A DNA stretch of 62,901 nt, the filler included, from Craspedostauros australis (taxonomy: Eukaryota), in NCBI GenBank assembly GCA_030167865.1. It is 9 parts of 9 records of this genome, joined end to end, with 100 filler letters (N's around TTAATTAATTAA, not from the genome) between each part and the next. Parts side by side here need not be neighbours in the genome. Positions count along the whole stretch, not along the records: positions 29,002 to 33,298 come from JALAGF010003827.1; positions 33,399 to 37,761 come from JALAGF010003828.1; positions 37,862 to 47,299 come from JALAGF010003829.1; 6 more parts are not named here. One strand, given 5' to 3'. The notes under the pieces are model-generated. The model was not told the DNA's origin. It did not search any database and saw only the letters and a list, made by a program, of their open reading frames with translations. Both the position numbers and the translations under genes were made by a program. This document shows positions 32,401 through 45,054 of the stretch, piece by piece (within the stretch, counting starts at the first letter, position 1; each line of letters begins with the position of its first letter).

Positions 32401-33103
32401 CCGTTCCATCACCATGAATCGGAAGCCTACGTTTGTACGAATACGTATGTGCAGATGAACATGTGGATGAATGAAGGGATGGATGAAGGTATGTATGTAT
32501 GGATGGCATGAGAGAGAATTGGGCTTGGTGAGATTAGTGAGATTAGTACGATGATGAGATGGCATGACGGCATCATGGTATGATGGAGGATCCAACAATG
32601 TCAGCAAACGAAGCAGACGCCACTGATCGAACATATCCATCACACTTATCACTCATCACTCATCACTTTCAGCACAGTCAACAATATGCCTGCCTCACAA
32701 GCTCACCTGAGATGTCACCGAATGCCTGCGGCCCTTTGCTGGGTGGCAAACGAGGAACGAAGGTGCCCTGCAGAGTCTGGAACTGATTGTGATACATGTT
32801 GTGCTCGTAGTAGAGCCGAGATGCGTTGACCTCAGCAGGCGAGTTGCGCTTCTTGGTGGTCTTGGTGGGGAGCGGTGCGATCTTGATGGCAAAGTCGTTT
32901 GAGGTGAAGGCCGACGATGGCTTGAGTGACAGAAGCTCATGCACGGTGCCGCACGCACCAGCACCGAGCATCTTCCCGATTCTCCATTGTGGAGTGGTTC
33001 CCTTGTAGAGCTGGAGACCTTCCGCACCAGAAGATGATGTGGACTTCGTTGCAGCCTTCGACGTGGACTTGGATGCCGATCCACGTGGCCGAGTTGGAGG
33101 CAT
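29410..33103 (-). CDS. CK1-superfamily (VRK-like) Ser/Thr kinase with two C-terminal FHA-like domains, variant A; exons 33103-32707 and 32426-29410 (about 1137 aa)
   Basis: LGAGACGTV, FAIK, spliced GDIS-GFRFMVMERM, IDVKTDNFML, ILDLAL, GTPLYASLNVH and SRRDDLEAL (CK1/VRK signature). GTGAG..GTAG 280-nt intron. Confidence 0.88.
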
Positions 33104-33806
33104 GTTTGTGTTTGTCGCAGAGGAGGTTGCCTGTGACGGTCGCAGGCTGATGACTGATGGCTGATGGCTGCTGGGTGGTATCCGATGCCTGCTACTCCTA
33201 TCGATGTCTACAGTATTGGTGCAACCAACGATCCACGATGCGCGATGCTCGATGGTGGCGTGAGATGTGGGATGTGAGATGGAGGAGGATGGAAGATGNN
33301 NNNNNNNNNNNNNNNNNNNNNNNNNNNNNNNNNNNNNNNNNNTTAATTAATTAANNNNNNNNNNNNNNNNNNNNNNNNNNNNNNNNNNNNNNNNNNNNCA
33401 CCATTTGATTTCATACTCGGCTGTTGTGTGAGAGCAAATAACTAGAGAGCAGAATACGATTGGACGATAGCATCCTTCTTTGGGGTATCCTCATCGTCGT
33501 GTGCTTGTACTGTTGCTGGTGTTGGTCCCGATACTCTTCGAATGCCACCCCACCTCGTCCCCAACTTGCACCCTTCCGAACTTCTCCTGCTTCGTCATGG
33601 TGCCTGGTGCCATTCGTTCTCCTCCTCCAAATCTCGATCTGTATGGTGTTGTCCGTACGTAAACGTACTTTTGGAATGGAGTAGTGGTGTTCGCGCCCTT
33701 CTCCGCATCATCTGCCTCCTCCATCTCATTCTCACCTTCCACAAACCCCGCTCACGGTCATGCACTGGTACAGTGATACAGTGACACCCACAAAACTATG
33801 ATGGCT

Positions 33807-36800
33807 CTACAGCTTGCGAATCACCAACACCGTGTCACCGATCGTCACCTTGTCATTCAGGAACGCGCGGCTGGCCTTGCCCTCCCCAAGCAACACATTA
33901 CGCACAACCGTAGATCCTCCCTTTAGATCCAAAACCTTCACCGTTGTCAAGCGCTTCGTGGCATTCAGCTCCAGCCGGACATGGTTCTTCGCAACGCTCG
34001 CATCTTTGTGCAGCCTCACCTTCACCTCCGAAGGCTGCTGTTGCTGTTGTTGCTGCTGCTCTTGCTGTGGTACCTGCGGTTGCGCTTGTTGTTGTGCTCT
34101 GGTTCGTGTGCTGGTCCTTGTGCAGATCTGCGTCTGGACGAGGGAATCCTTCACGGATCCATCAGCAGATGCAGAAGGCAGAAAAGAAGCATTGGAGCCG
34201 ATGGTGAGGCTGATGATGCCACCCTTCTGGAGTGTGAAGGTCTCACCTTCGTGTGGACCGCTGATGACGTCCAGCTGCACTCCTTGACGCTGTGCCTGTT
34301 TCTGCTGCGGTCGGTCTGATGTTGATGGAACGGACGCTGGTGAAGCCTCTTCATCCATATCACCAGAAGTGTCGTTCTTCCTGTCGTCGCCCTTTGCGTT
34401 GACCTTTGAATCATCGTGATCACCTTCGCTACCATCCACATCGATGATCTCCATATCAATATCATCTCCGTGGGCTTGCGACGATGGCCCTGACGGCACC
34501 TGTGATACCACCTGTGATGCCACCTGTCCACCTGATCTGTGTGCTTTGCCTGTGGACTTCAACGACTGTCTCGGTATCGACTTCGACAATGGCTTCACCT
34601 TGAACGTCGTGCTGCCAATGCGGAACGATTGATTCAGGAACACACGGCCAGTCTTGCCGATCTTCTGACTTTCCACAAAGATGCCACTCGTCGAGCTGAG
34701 ATCAGTGAGAGTGACAGAAATGAGCTTCTTGGTGATGTTGAGCTGCAGCCGCACATGAGAGTCATCGAGATGACTGCCATGCGCGATGTGGTATGTGTGG
34801 TTGGCATGACTGGTGTGATTGCTTGGAGCTGCGGCTGCAGGTGTAAGTGTCGTCGGCTTGGATCCAACGATGATGGTGTCGGACACTCCTTCGATGAGAT
34901 GAAACTGCTGTTGCTGTTGGTGGTGTTGCTGATGAAGGATGGGATCGTATGCGTACCCGTGGTCTACATGGACGGTGATGGTGACACCTGTACTTGTCTT
35001 GTTGCGTGTTGTGCTTGATCTGGGTTTGCGTTTCGTCATTGACGTGGCTTTGGCCGCGGTTGTGGTTGTGGCCTTGAGTTTGGAAGATGTCCGAGTGTCG
35101 ATGGTGTTGCCAGCAGCAGGCTTGACGTTCTCTTCATCGAGGATGGGGTCCCATTCCATTGGATCATCGTACTGATCATCATCGCTGTCGCCGCCGTCGT
35201 TGTCATAATTGTCATCGTTGCTAGCATCACCGATGGTTTGACCCATCATGTGATCCATCGATCCTTCGGCGCAGGTCACGAACACGGTATCGTCCTGAGC
35301 ATCATGAGTATCTTGTGTATTGATGTGGATGTACTGCTGTGTGTCCTCGTACATGTCCTCTTGTGCATCTTCGTATTGGCCAGCATGCGCATCTTGTTGG
35401 GATGGTGGTGTCGGATGATCGTGGGCGGATGCATTGTCATCCACACTGATGATCTCCTGTGCATCTTCAAATGAATGATCTTCATCGTCTTCATGATCAT
35501 CATCATCATTGCCATCATCTTCATCATCATCATCATCATCATCATCGCTGTCGTCGACGTTGATAGTATCGATGTATTGCTGCTGCTGTTGCTCCTGCTG
35601 TTGCTCCTGATGTTGCTGTTGCTGATGCTGTTGTTGTTGCCTCTGCTGAAGCCTCTTCGATTGACGTACCGGTTGTTGACGTCGTTGACTCTTGGTCGGT
35701 GATTCATGACTCTGCGCCAAGGATGAAGCAGGCGTAGCTGCAGCTGCTGCTACTTCTGACGCTTGCGAGGCTCGTGTTGCTCTTCTCTTGGTACCTGCTC
35801 GCTTGGCTGTAGCCGTGGCTGGAGCTGTGGCTGGAGCCGTGGCTGGCTCTTCTGCCGGTGCTCTAACTGCTTTGCTCGATCTGGTTGCTCTGCTTGCCCT
35901 GGTTGCCCTGGTCGTTCTTGTTGCCATCGATGCCATCGATTCCTTCGCTGTTGCAGATGGCTGCTTCGGTGTTGCCTTCTTTGACGACAAACCATCGTCA
36001 TTAGCACCACCAATAGCACCACCACTAGTACGAGTACTACCATCACCATCAACCACCACCACATCAAGATCGAGGAGCATCTCCACAAGACCATCATAGT
36101 CAGGCTCCTGCTTGTACGAATACCCTCTGATCTCATCAAGGAACTTGCGGAACGTGTCGCCCACCTCAACCGGTCCAAGCATCTTGTAGAAGTCAGAATC
36201 GGGGTTGGTCACATGCGATTCCTTGATGTTGCCGATGTCTTCATCCGACTTTCCGTTGCTCCATGGCAACGTGAGGGACATGTCCCCACCAGACGACAGC
36301 TGCATGATGAGCTCTGCGATGATGTACGCGAGTGCTTCCAGATCGTCCCTGCGACTCGGTGTCTGTCCTTGATGGACGTTGAGCGATGCGTAGAGTGGCG
36401 TGCCTGCCTTGATTCCGTCAGCGGTCTCGTTCGGTCTGTGCGAAGCAGAGAAGGTGGCCCTTGGTTGGACGAGGGCGAGATCGAGGATGCGGATGCGTTG
36501 AGCGAGAGCTGCTGCTGCAGTTGCTTTTGTTGATTTGGTTGCTTTTGTTGATTTCGAAGACTTTGCAGACTTGGTTGATTTGATCTTTGGGAATGCTGGT
36601 GAGGTAGTGGATGGAGCCAACATGAAGTTGTCGGTCTTGACATCGATGACGATGTGTCTGCACTCGTGGATGGCTTGTATAGACTTGATCAGCTGTGCAG
36701 CAACTGGTCCGAATGGCACCACGCGGGAACCTCCGCTGTCACTCTTGGAGCTTCTGTTGCTCCTTGAGCTCTTTGAGCTCCTTGAGGTTTTGGTGGTGGC

Positions 36801-37566
36801 ACTGTTGGATGGAGTGGCAAGTTCGAGGAGGAGCGGGACAATCATCTCGAGCGGGCTGTGCATCCGTTCCATCACCATGAATCGGAAGCCTACGTTTGTA
36901 CGAATACGTATGTGCAGATGAACATGTGGATGAATGAAGGGATGGATGAAGGTATGTATGTATGGATGGCATGAGAGAGAATTGGGCTTGGTGAGATTAG
37001 TGAGATTAGTACGATGATGAGATGGCATGACGGCATCATGGTATGATGGAGGATCCAACAATGTCAGCAAACGAAGCAGACGCCACTGATCGAACATATC
37101 CATCACACTTATCACTCATCACTCATCACTTTCAGCACAGTCAACAATATGCCTGCCTCACAAGCTCACCTGAGATGTCACCGAATGCCTGCGGCCCTTT
37201 GCTGGGTGGCAAACGAGGAACGAAGGTGCCCTGCAGAGTCTGGAACTGATTGTGATACATGTTGTGCTCGTAGTAGAGCCGAGATGCGTTGACCTCAGCA
37301 GGCGAGTTGCGCTTCTTGGTGGTCTTGGTGGGGAGCGGTGCGATCTTGATGGCAAAGTCGTTTGAGGTGAAGGCCGACGATGGCTTGAGTGACAGAAGCT
37401 CATGCACGGTGCCGCACGCACCAGCACCGAGCATCTTCCCGATTCTCCATTGTGGAGTGGTTCCCTTGTAGAGCTGGAGACCTTCCGCACCAGAAGATGA
37501 TGTGGACTTCGTTGCAGCCTTCGACGTGGACTTGGATGCCGATCCACGTGGCCGAGTTGGAGGCAT
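33807..37566 (-). CDS. Same kinase, variant B; exons 37566-37170 and 36889-33807 (about 1159 aa)
   Basis: Same as variant A except in the polyQ/polyD linker (about 35343-35713), which is 66 nt longer. Confidence 0.88.
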
Positions 37567-37861
37567 GTTTGTGTTTGTCGCAGAGGAGGTTGCCTGTGAC
37601 GGTCGCAGGCTGATGACTGATGGCTGATGGCTGCTGGGTGGTATCCGATGCCTGCTACTCCTATCGATGTCTACAGTATTGGTGCAACCAACGATCCACG
37701 ATGCGCGATGCTCGATGGTGGCGTGAGATGTGGGATGTGAGATGGAGGAGGATGGAAGATGNNNNNNNNNNNNNNNNNNNNNNNNNNNNNNNNNNNNNNN
37801 NNNNNTTAATTAATTAANNNNNNNNNNNNNNNNNNNNNNNNNNNNNNNNNNNNNNNNNNNN

Positions 37862-39397
37862 ACACAGCAGTACATCCACATCAATACACAAGATACTCAT
37901 GATGCTCAGGACGATACCGTGTTCGTGACCTGCGCCGAAGGATCGATGGATCACATGATGGGTCAAACCATCGGTGATGCTAGCAACGATGACAATTATG
38001 ACAACGACGGCGGCGACAGCGATGATGATCAGTACGATGATCCAATGGAATGGGACCCCATCCTCGATGAAGAGAACGTCAAGCCTGCTGCTGGCAACAC
38101 CATCGACACTCGGACATCTTCCAAACTCAAGGCCACAACCACAACCGCGGCCAAAGCCACGTCAATGACGAAACGCAAACCCAGATCAAGCACAACACGC
38201 AACAAGACAAGTACAGGTGTCACCATCACCGTCCATGTAGACCACGGGTACGCATACGATCCCATCCTTCATCAGCAACACCACCAACAGCAACAGCAGT
38301 TTCATCTCATCGAAGGAGTGTCCGACACCATCATCGTTGGATCCAAGCCGACGACACTTACACCTGCAGCCGCAGCTCCAAGCAATCACACCAGTCATGC
38401 CAACCACACATACCACATCGCGCATGGCAGTCATCTCGATGACTCTCATGTGCGGCTGCAGCTCAACATCACCAAGAAGCTCATTTCTGTCACTCTCACT
38501 GATCTCAGCTCGACGAGTGGCATCTTTGTGGAAAGTCAGAAGATCGGCAAGACTGGCCGTGTGTTCCTGAATCAATCGTTCCGCATTGGCAGCACGACGT
38601 TCAAGGTGAAGCCATTGTCGAAGTCGATACCGAGACAGTCGTTGAAGTCCACAGGCAAAGCACACAGATCAGGTGGACAGGTGGCATCACAGGTGGTATC
38701 ACAGGTGCCGTCAGGGCCATCGTCGCAAGCCCACGGAGATGATATTGATATGGAGATCATCGATGTGGATGGTAGCGAAGGTGATCACGATGATTCAAAG
38801 GTCAACGCAAAGGGCGACGACAGGAAGAACGACACTTCTGGTGATATGGATGAAGAGGCTTCACCAGCGTCCGTTCCATCAACATCAGACCGACCGCAGC
38901 AGAAACAGGCACAGCGTCAAGGAGTGCAGCTGGACGTCATCAGCGGTCCACACGAAGGTGAGACCTTCACACTCCAGAAGGGTGGCATCATCAGCCTCAC
39001 CATCGGCTCCAATGCTTCTTTTCTGCCTTCTGCATCTGCTGATGGATCCGTGAAGGATTCCCTCGTCCAGACGCAGATCTGCACAAGGACCAGCACACGA
39101 ACCAGAGCACAACAACAAGCGCAACCGCAGGTACCACAGCAAGAGCAGCAGCAACAACAGCAACAGCAGCCTTCGGAGGTGAAGGTGAGGCTGCACAAAG
39201 ATGCGAGCGTTGCGAAGAACCATGTCCGGCTGGAGCTGAATGCCACGAAGCGCTTGACAACGGTGAAGGTTTTGGATCTAAAGGGAGGATCTACGGTTGT
39301 GCGTAATGTGTTGCTTGGGGAGGGCAAGGCCAGCCGCGCGTTCCTGAATGACAAGGTGACGATCGGTGACACGGTGTTGGTGATTCGCAAGCTGTAG
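37862..39397 (+). CDS. 3' part of the kinase gene (FHA-like domains), truncated by the contig start
   Basis: Reverse complement of 29410-30945. Confidence 0.85.
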   Translation, partial: TQQYIHINTQDTHDAQDDTVFVTCAEGSMDHMMGQTIGDASNDDNYDNDGGDSDDDQYDDPMEWDPILDEENVKPAAGNTIDTRTSSKLKATTTTAAKATSMTKRKPRSSTTRNKTSTGVTITVHVDHGYAYDPILHQQHHQQQQQFHLIEGVSDTIIVGSKPTTLTPAAAAPSNHTSHANHTYHIAHGSHLDDSHVRLQLNITKKLISVTLTDLSSTSGIFVESQKIGKTGRVFLNQSFRIGSTTFKVKPLSKSIPRQSLKSTGKAHRSGGQVASQVVSQVPSGPSSQAHGDDIDMEIIDVDGSEGDHDDSKVNAKGDDRKNDTSGDMDEEASPASVPSTSDRPQQKQAQRQGVQLDVISGPHEGETFTLQKGGIISLTIGSNASFLPSASADGSVKDSLVQTQICTRTSTRTRAQQQAQPQVPQQEQQQQQQQQPSEVKVRLHKDASVAKNHVRLELNATKRLTTVKVLDLKGGSTVVRNVLLGEGKASRAFLNDKVTIGDTVLVIRKL

Positions 39398-40092
39398 AGC
39401 CATCATAGTTTTGTGGGTGTCACTGTATCACTGTACCAGTGCATGACCGTGAGCGGGGTTTGTGGAAGGTGAGAATGAGATGGAGGAGGCAGATGATGCG
39501 GAGAAGGGCGCGAACACCACTACTCCATTCCAAAAGTACGTTTACGTACGGACAACACCATACAGATCGAGATTTGGAGGAGGAGAACGAATGGCACCAG
39601 GCACCATGACGAAGCAGGAGAAGTTCGGAAGGGTGCAAGTTGGGGACGAGGTGGGGTGGCATTCGAAGAGTATCGGGACCAACACCAGCAACAGTACAAG
39701 CACACGACGATGAGGATACCCCAAAGAAGGATGCTATCGTCCAATCGTATTCTGCTCTCTAGTTATTTGCTCTCACACAACAGCCGAGTATGAAATCAAA
39801 TGGTGATGCCGATTCAGCAATGATGAGAGTTGTGTTGTAATGTGGAGCGGCATGGTCGCAGTACCAAAATGGTGATGAATGTATGTGTGTGGGTGGATGT
39901 AGAGCGATGGCGCAGAATAGTACGAGCTATTGTACAACCTACGAAAGTATAATATGTACATACAGTATGCATGGCATACATAGTGCACCCAAATGTGTTG
40001 GCGAGATCGTGAAGCTGATCGAGTTGGCGAGCAAAAGGTTAGGTTCCAACAGAGCTGCGGGTGTTGTGGATGTGTAGCGGAACAAAAGGACA

Positions 40093-40166
40093 AGCTTCAT
40101 CGCGGATTCGAACCACGGACCTCCTCATTACTAATGAGGTGCTCTAACCAACTGAGCTAATGGAGC
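40093..40166 (-). tRNA. tRNA-Thr (anticodon AGT)
   Basis: Reverse complement of the 44981-45054 cloverleaf, followed by TTTT. Confidence 0.93.
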
Positions 40167-40560
40167 TGTTGCCGCAATTACTGTTGCTGCCATCCTAGGC
40201 CAATCCACTGTACAAATACTATAATACAAGCATGTACTCATGTGTCGCATCATTTTGGTCTCATCTCACCAGTCGATCCGCTTCCTGTCCTTCCGACTGT
40301 TCACCTTTTCATAACCGTGTAGATCGTACTCATACAACACAACCTTCTGAATCTTCTGTGTTGCGTGTGATCCTTCTCAGTTATGCTTCTGCTCTAATGT
40401 GTATTTATGTTCCGGAATGTGTTCCGGAATGTACTGTACATAGAAATGTGTTGTTCCTCCAGCCCAAACAACTGCTCGCTACCGCCTCCAGAAAGTCCAT
40501 CGTATCACTGCTGATGCGATCCATTCAGCATGACGCGTCTCGGTGCCTTGCGATGATGAC

Positions 40561-43412
40561 TCATGTGCTGTCTTGTTCGCCACGACTGGTCGTACCGGAA
40601 TTGATCTCAGGTCCGCAGATGGAAAGGACAACAGGAAGCAAGACGAGGCCATGGCCGATTCCAATGGTCACGAGTCCGATGAAGGCAATGAAGATGGTCG
40701 AAAAGATCGTGCTCGTGGAGAAGGCGAGTGGGATGACGCCAAGGAATGTGGAAAGACCACCGAGGAATACGGACGATCCCATGGTTCGAAGCAGCTCGAC
40801 GACCCTGGTTCTACGATCTCCGGGGATTTCGTAGTATCGCAGAAGGATATGGATGAGGAAGTCGACCAGCAGACCGATGGACATGACCAACGAAACGTAG
40901 CTGACGGTATTGATGTGGACGCCGGCCAATTGAAGGAAGCCAAGCAGATCGACGTAGAGGATGGTAATGAACGGAGCCACGAAGAATGTGGCAGTCCAAT
41001 GCGGAATAAAGATCATACTCAGCACAGTGACAGAGACGACACCCAGGATGGTAGTCAGAATCAGCTCTTGCACCGCGACTGCGTAGAATTCCCAGATGGA
41101 GTACAGCGATGCGTAGGTGAAGAAATTCCAATATTTCTGGCCTCTGTTGGTTGGCTGTATCCTGCTCGTCTCTCGCTGGTTGAGCAACGCATCAATCAAG
41201 TCCTCGACATCGTCGTTATCGAGGTTGTCCATGTAGATGCTGACGCGGGATGCAGTGATCTTGTTGTTTTCATCCACGACAATGTCGTTGCGGTACTGCG
41301 TCTGGCTAGCCTCTTCCGCGAAGAAGGCATCGAACTGGTCCTGGAATGACTTATCCTGGATGCTGGAGGTTTCGTTGACGTACGCTTCGAAGTCCTTGAT
41401 CCAGAAGAATGGCGGCTCATATGAAATTTCATGCATGGCCACAAGATCGTCAACGTACGTCTTCATCTCCTCTCTGACATCTTCGGAGGTTTGATCGACG
41501 TTACGGAAGTACGCTTCGATGACGTATCCACCACGAGTGGTGAAATCATCGTACGAATCCCAGTATGGCTTAATGTACTGTGAGTGAAGAAGGAATAGTA
41601 GCGGACCGGATGGTAGAGGAGGGTAAACAGGGGAGGAGAATGTGCAGATACGCAGCGGTTAGATGAGGACGATTGAGCATGGTACAGCTGTCACTCGAAT
41701 ACGGGCACTCGTGCGATGAGAGAATCGTGTCCGATACCACTTACCGAATCCGACGGAACGACATCAGTGAATTCGAACTCTTGAGTTAGAAGGGAGGCGC
41801 TGTAGCTGCATGCGCATGCGATTGCAAGGAACACGACCACCACGACTACCTTGACAGCGGGTTGCAGCAGAAAGTTTGCATACGACACCATCATGCGGTC
41901 GATGATGGATTCTTCGGGCTCAATCGGCAGCTGGGTTTCTCCCTTCGCGACGTTGTCATTCTCGTCATCATCACGAGCGTTTTGATCCTCCTCATCTTTC
42001 GGAACAGCGATGCACACGCAGCAATCGCGCCGATTGTCCTGGATACGGCGCTCATCGATGGCCATGAGAGCGATATAGAATGTCATTTGGTAGAAGAAGT
42101 CGATGAGGATGGTGGGGAACGCGTACATGCACAACCAGTAGACAGAGGGAATGGTGGAGATGCATCCCATGGCGAAGGCAACAGATGAAGTGGTCGTGGT
42201 CAGCGCGATGCTGACTCCAACATCTCGGACGGTGTCTTCGATGCGTTGTTCGACGGACCGATTTGGATCTGTGCGTTGGAAGGATCCGGACAGGATGTAC
42301 GCTGCGTCCATTCCGATGCCGAACATGATGAAGGGAAGAATCTGCGTCATGGAGGTGAACGGGACACCGATCAGAAAGAGCAGACCGTATCCAGTCATGA
42401 TGCTGAGGAAGACGGAGACGACAGCACCAAAGCCCAGGGTTGTCCGTGACTTGACTCTGTCCTTCTTGAAGAAGACCATGCAGGTGAAGATGCTCATGAC
42501 GGTGAAGACCATCGGCACGAGCGGGATGTCAGCCATGATGGCACGTCCGAATTCATCGGAGAAGGAACGTTGAGAGAAGACCTCCACCTTGTACGGATTG
42601 CTCTTGTCGGCATTCCATGCGTCCTGCAGATCGAAGACATTCTCCAAGGCACTGGATTCAAACTCTTCAGCTTCGGGAGTTTCCGGCAAATCAAAATGGA
42701 TGAGGAAGATCCTGGACGAGACGAGAATCTCGTTTTCGTCGTAGGTGTTGGTCCCCAGCACGCTTTCGGTGTCCACGCCAGTCCCGTCCGGATACTTTTT
42801 AGCGGACATGGCGATGAGGACCTCTTCGTCGGTAGGACCTGCGGCTTCGAACACGGCCGTCGAATGATTCCAGAAGTTGGTGATGGCTTTGAGCTGGCAG
42901 GTGCTTCTTTGGGTACCGTCTGCGAGCATCTCAGTGGCGCCGCCCTCCAGGCAAATCTGTTCGTAATCGGGCGTGTTGCGAACGGTATCGACTGCTTCGA
43001 AGACGCGCTTGACGCCATCCGCAGCGAGGACGTTGTCGCCGTCGATGTGAACGGTCATGAGGAAGAAGCGCGGATCCAACGGAAAACCTGATGACTCGTC
43101 GATCCAGTCCTTGTGCTGCCGCGAGCGGCTCTTGCTGGGCGAGTACAGAATGTCCTCGTCCACCTCGACGTAGAAGTTGGTGAACAGGCCGAGCACGACC
43201 ATGGACAGCGCGAAGCAGATGGTCAAGGAGACCGTGGTCTTTGGGAACTTGACGGCCGTCCCAGAGAGTTTCAGCAGAACGTTAGTGATGGGCTCGTGGA
43301 TGAAGCGGAGGATGGCCCTGGACCATTGGGCACCGATGCTGGTGTCGTCGTCGTCATAGTAAGCATTTCCATGGCGCGATGGCGCTGACGATGTTTCCTT
43401 TCTTTCGCTCAT
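40561..43412 (-). CDS. Patched/NPC1-like sterol-sensing-domain (RND) membrane protein; exons 43412-41745 and 41577-40561 (about 894 aa)
   Basis: SSD-like ILPFIMFGIGMDAAYIL and GVSIALTTTTS..AFAMG. Splicing gives VVPSDS|YIKPYW. Second TM cluster LVMSIGLLVDFLIHI..MGSSVFLGGLSTFLG..GHGLVLLPVVLS. GTAAGT..CAG intron. Confidence 0.92.
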
Positions 43413-44409
43413 GAGTGCGTGCGTTCAGATGGCTAGAAATATGTGCGTGGCTTGGCTTGGTGACTTGGTGGCTTGATTGAATGGCTTGGGGGTGAAGTTT
43501 GAAGGAATCTGTGTTCTTGATGATGGGAAACGGTGAAATGTCTGATGGTTGATGTTCAAAATTATGAGTTGATTCAAGTTCTCCTCGGCTCGAGATGGTT
43601 CTTGTTCCTCCACGACAGACCTGCCAAGAACAACCAGCTTATCAACCGGGACACAGTGGAATGTGGAAGATTGCGGCCATCAAAAATGACTTCTTCGCGG
43701 TTTGGTTCAGCTGGTGTGTGTTCGTCACGTGGGTACTGGCCATTTTGGTTTCTCCACGTTTGATCTCTTGGTCAAGAGTTACCGCGTCGTCATTCGGAGA
43801 AAAAACTGAAGAACGTCTGTGATGTCAGCTGGTGCGACATTGACCGGTGAATTAGCAGCACTTGGGGTCTTCAAAAGCCTTTTGCATTTCATTGACCACG
43901 ACACAAGCGCCCATTTGAAGAAAACAAATCGGACACTCTTCACGGAAACCCGAATCTTGAGTCCTGCGTCACGTTTCGGTCTGTCCACTGAACGCAGAAA
44001 CGGGCGATTTACAGACATGATACTCCACAAACACAGTTCTGTCCTGCTCTGCTGTCGAACACTGTGCTGATCAGTTTGACTTGTGTCCGTATGTCGTCGG
44101 GCCAAGTCGGCGATCGCAAGGTTCCCCGCATCCGGCTCCTGTGGATGGCATCGTGTATGGGCAGTTGTGTCTGGAACGATGGGTTCTTCAGTTCGAGTAG
44201 TTCTGGATAATGCATGGAGTAGATGGAGTTCAGGGTGACGACAGATAAAGTGGTGTTGGCATTGATAGACCGCACCTTCTGCTCCTCTTTACGACGGGCA
44301 ACGGGGAGCCGTGGCATGCAGCGCTGCGTTCACCCCAGCCACAAAAGGTGGTGGAGGAGACATATGACTCACGATTTCATGCATAGGGTTGAAATGTTTT
44401 GATTTCGCT

Positions 44410-44586
44410 GTCATCCCACTCGCCTTCTCCACGAGCACGATCTTTTCGACCATCTTTATTGCCTTCATCGGACTCGTGACGATTGGAATCGGCCATGGCC
44501 TCGTCTTGCTTCCTGTTGTCCTTTCCATCTGCGGACCTGAGATCAATTCCGGCACGACCAGTCGTGGTGAACAAGACAGCACATGA
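44410..44586 (+). pseudogene. Duplicated 3'-terminal fragment of the Patched/NPC1-like gene
   Basis: VIPLAFSTSTIF...SRGEQDST* matches the C-terminus of the 40561 gene. Homology begins abruptly at 44410 with no upstream gene body. Confidence 0.85.
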
Positions 44587-44980
44587 GTCATCATCGCAAG
44601 GCACCGAGACGCGCCATGCCGAATGGATCGCATCAGCGGTGATACGATGGACTTTCTGGAGGCGTTATCGAACAGTTCTTTGGGCTGGAGGAACAACACA
44701 TTTCTATGTACGGTACATTCCGGAACACATTCCGGAACATAAATACACATTAGAGCAGAAGCATAAATGAGCAGGATCACACGCAACACAGAAGATTCAG
44801 ACGGTTGTGTTGTATGAGTACGATCTACACGGTCATGAAAAGGTGAACAGCGGGAAGGACAGGAAGCAGATCGACTGGTGAGATGAGACCAAAATGGTTC
44901 AACATATGAGGAACTGTTTGCATTAGCTAGTTTGTACAATAGATTGGCCAAGATCGGCAGCAACAGCAATGATGGCAACA

Positions 44981-45054
44981 GCTCCATTAGCTCAGTTGGT
45001 TAGAGCACCTCATTAGTAATGAGGAGGTCCGTGGTTCGAATCCGCGATGAAGCT
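44981..45054 (+). tRNA. tRNA-Thr (anticodon AGT)
   Basis: GCTCCAT TA GCTC AGTTGGTTA GAGC A CCTCA TT-AGT-AA TGAGG AGGTC CGTGG TTCGAAT CCGCG ATGAAGC T. A and B boxes intact; T5 Pol III terminator at 45059-45063. Confidence 0.95.

Noticed and set aside
32427..32652. N-terminus MISVMDMFDQW... of the 1080-aa track ORF
   Set aside because: It is translated intron; splicing to exon 33103-32707 supplies the missing kinase N-lobe.
29002..37761. Apparent tandem duplication of the kinase gene
   Set aside because: The copies are separate contigs with identical start and end points. They are alternative assembly paths, not evidence of a tandem array.
2948..43412. Two Patched/SSD-type genes as a functional cluster
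   Set aside because: They are on different contigs, so co-occurrence in this window is not linkage.
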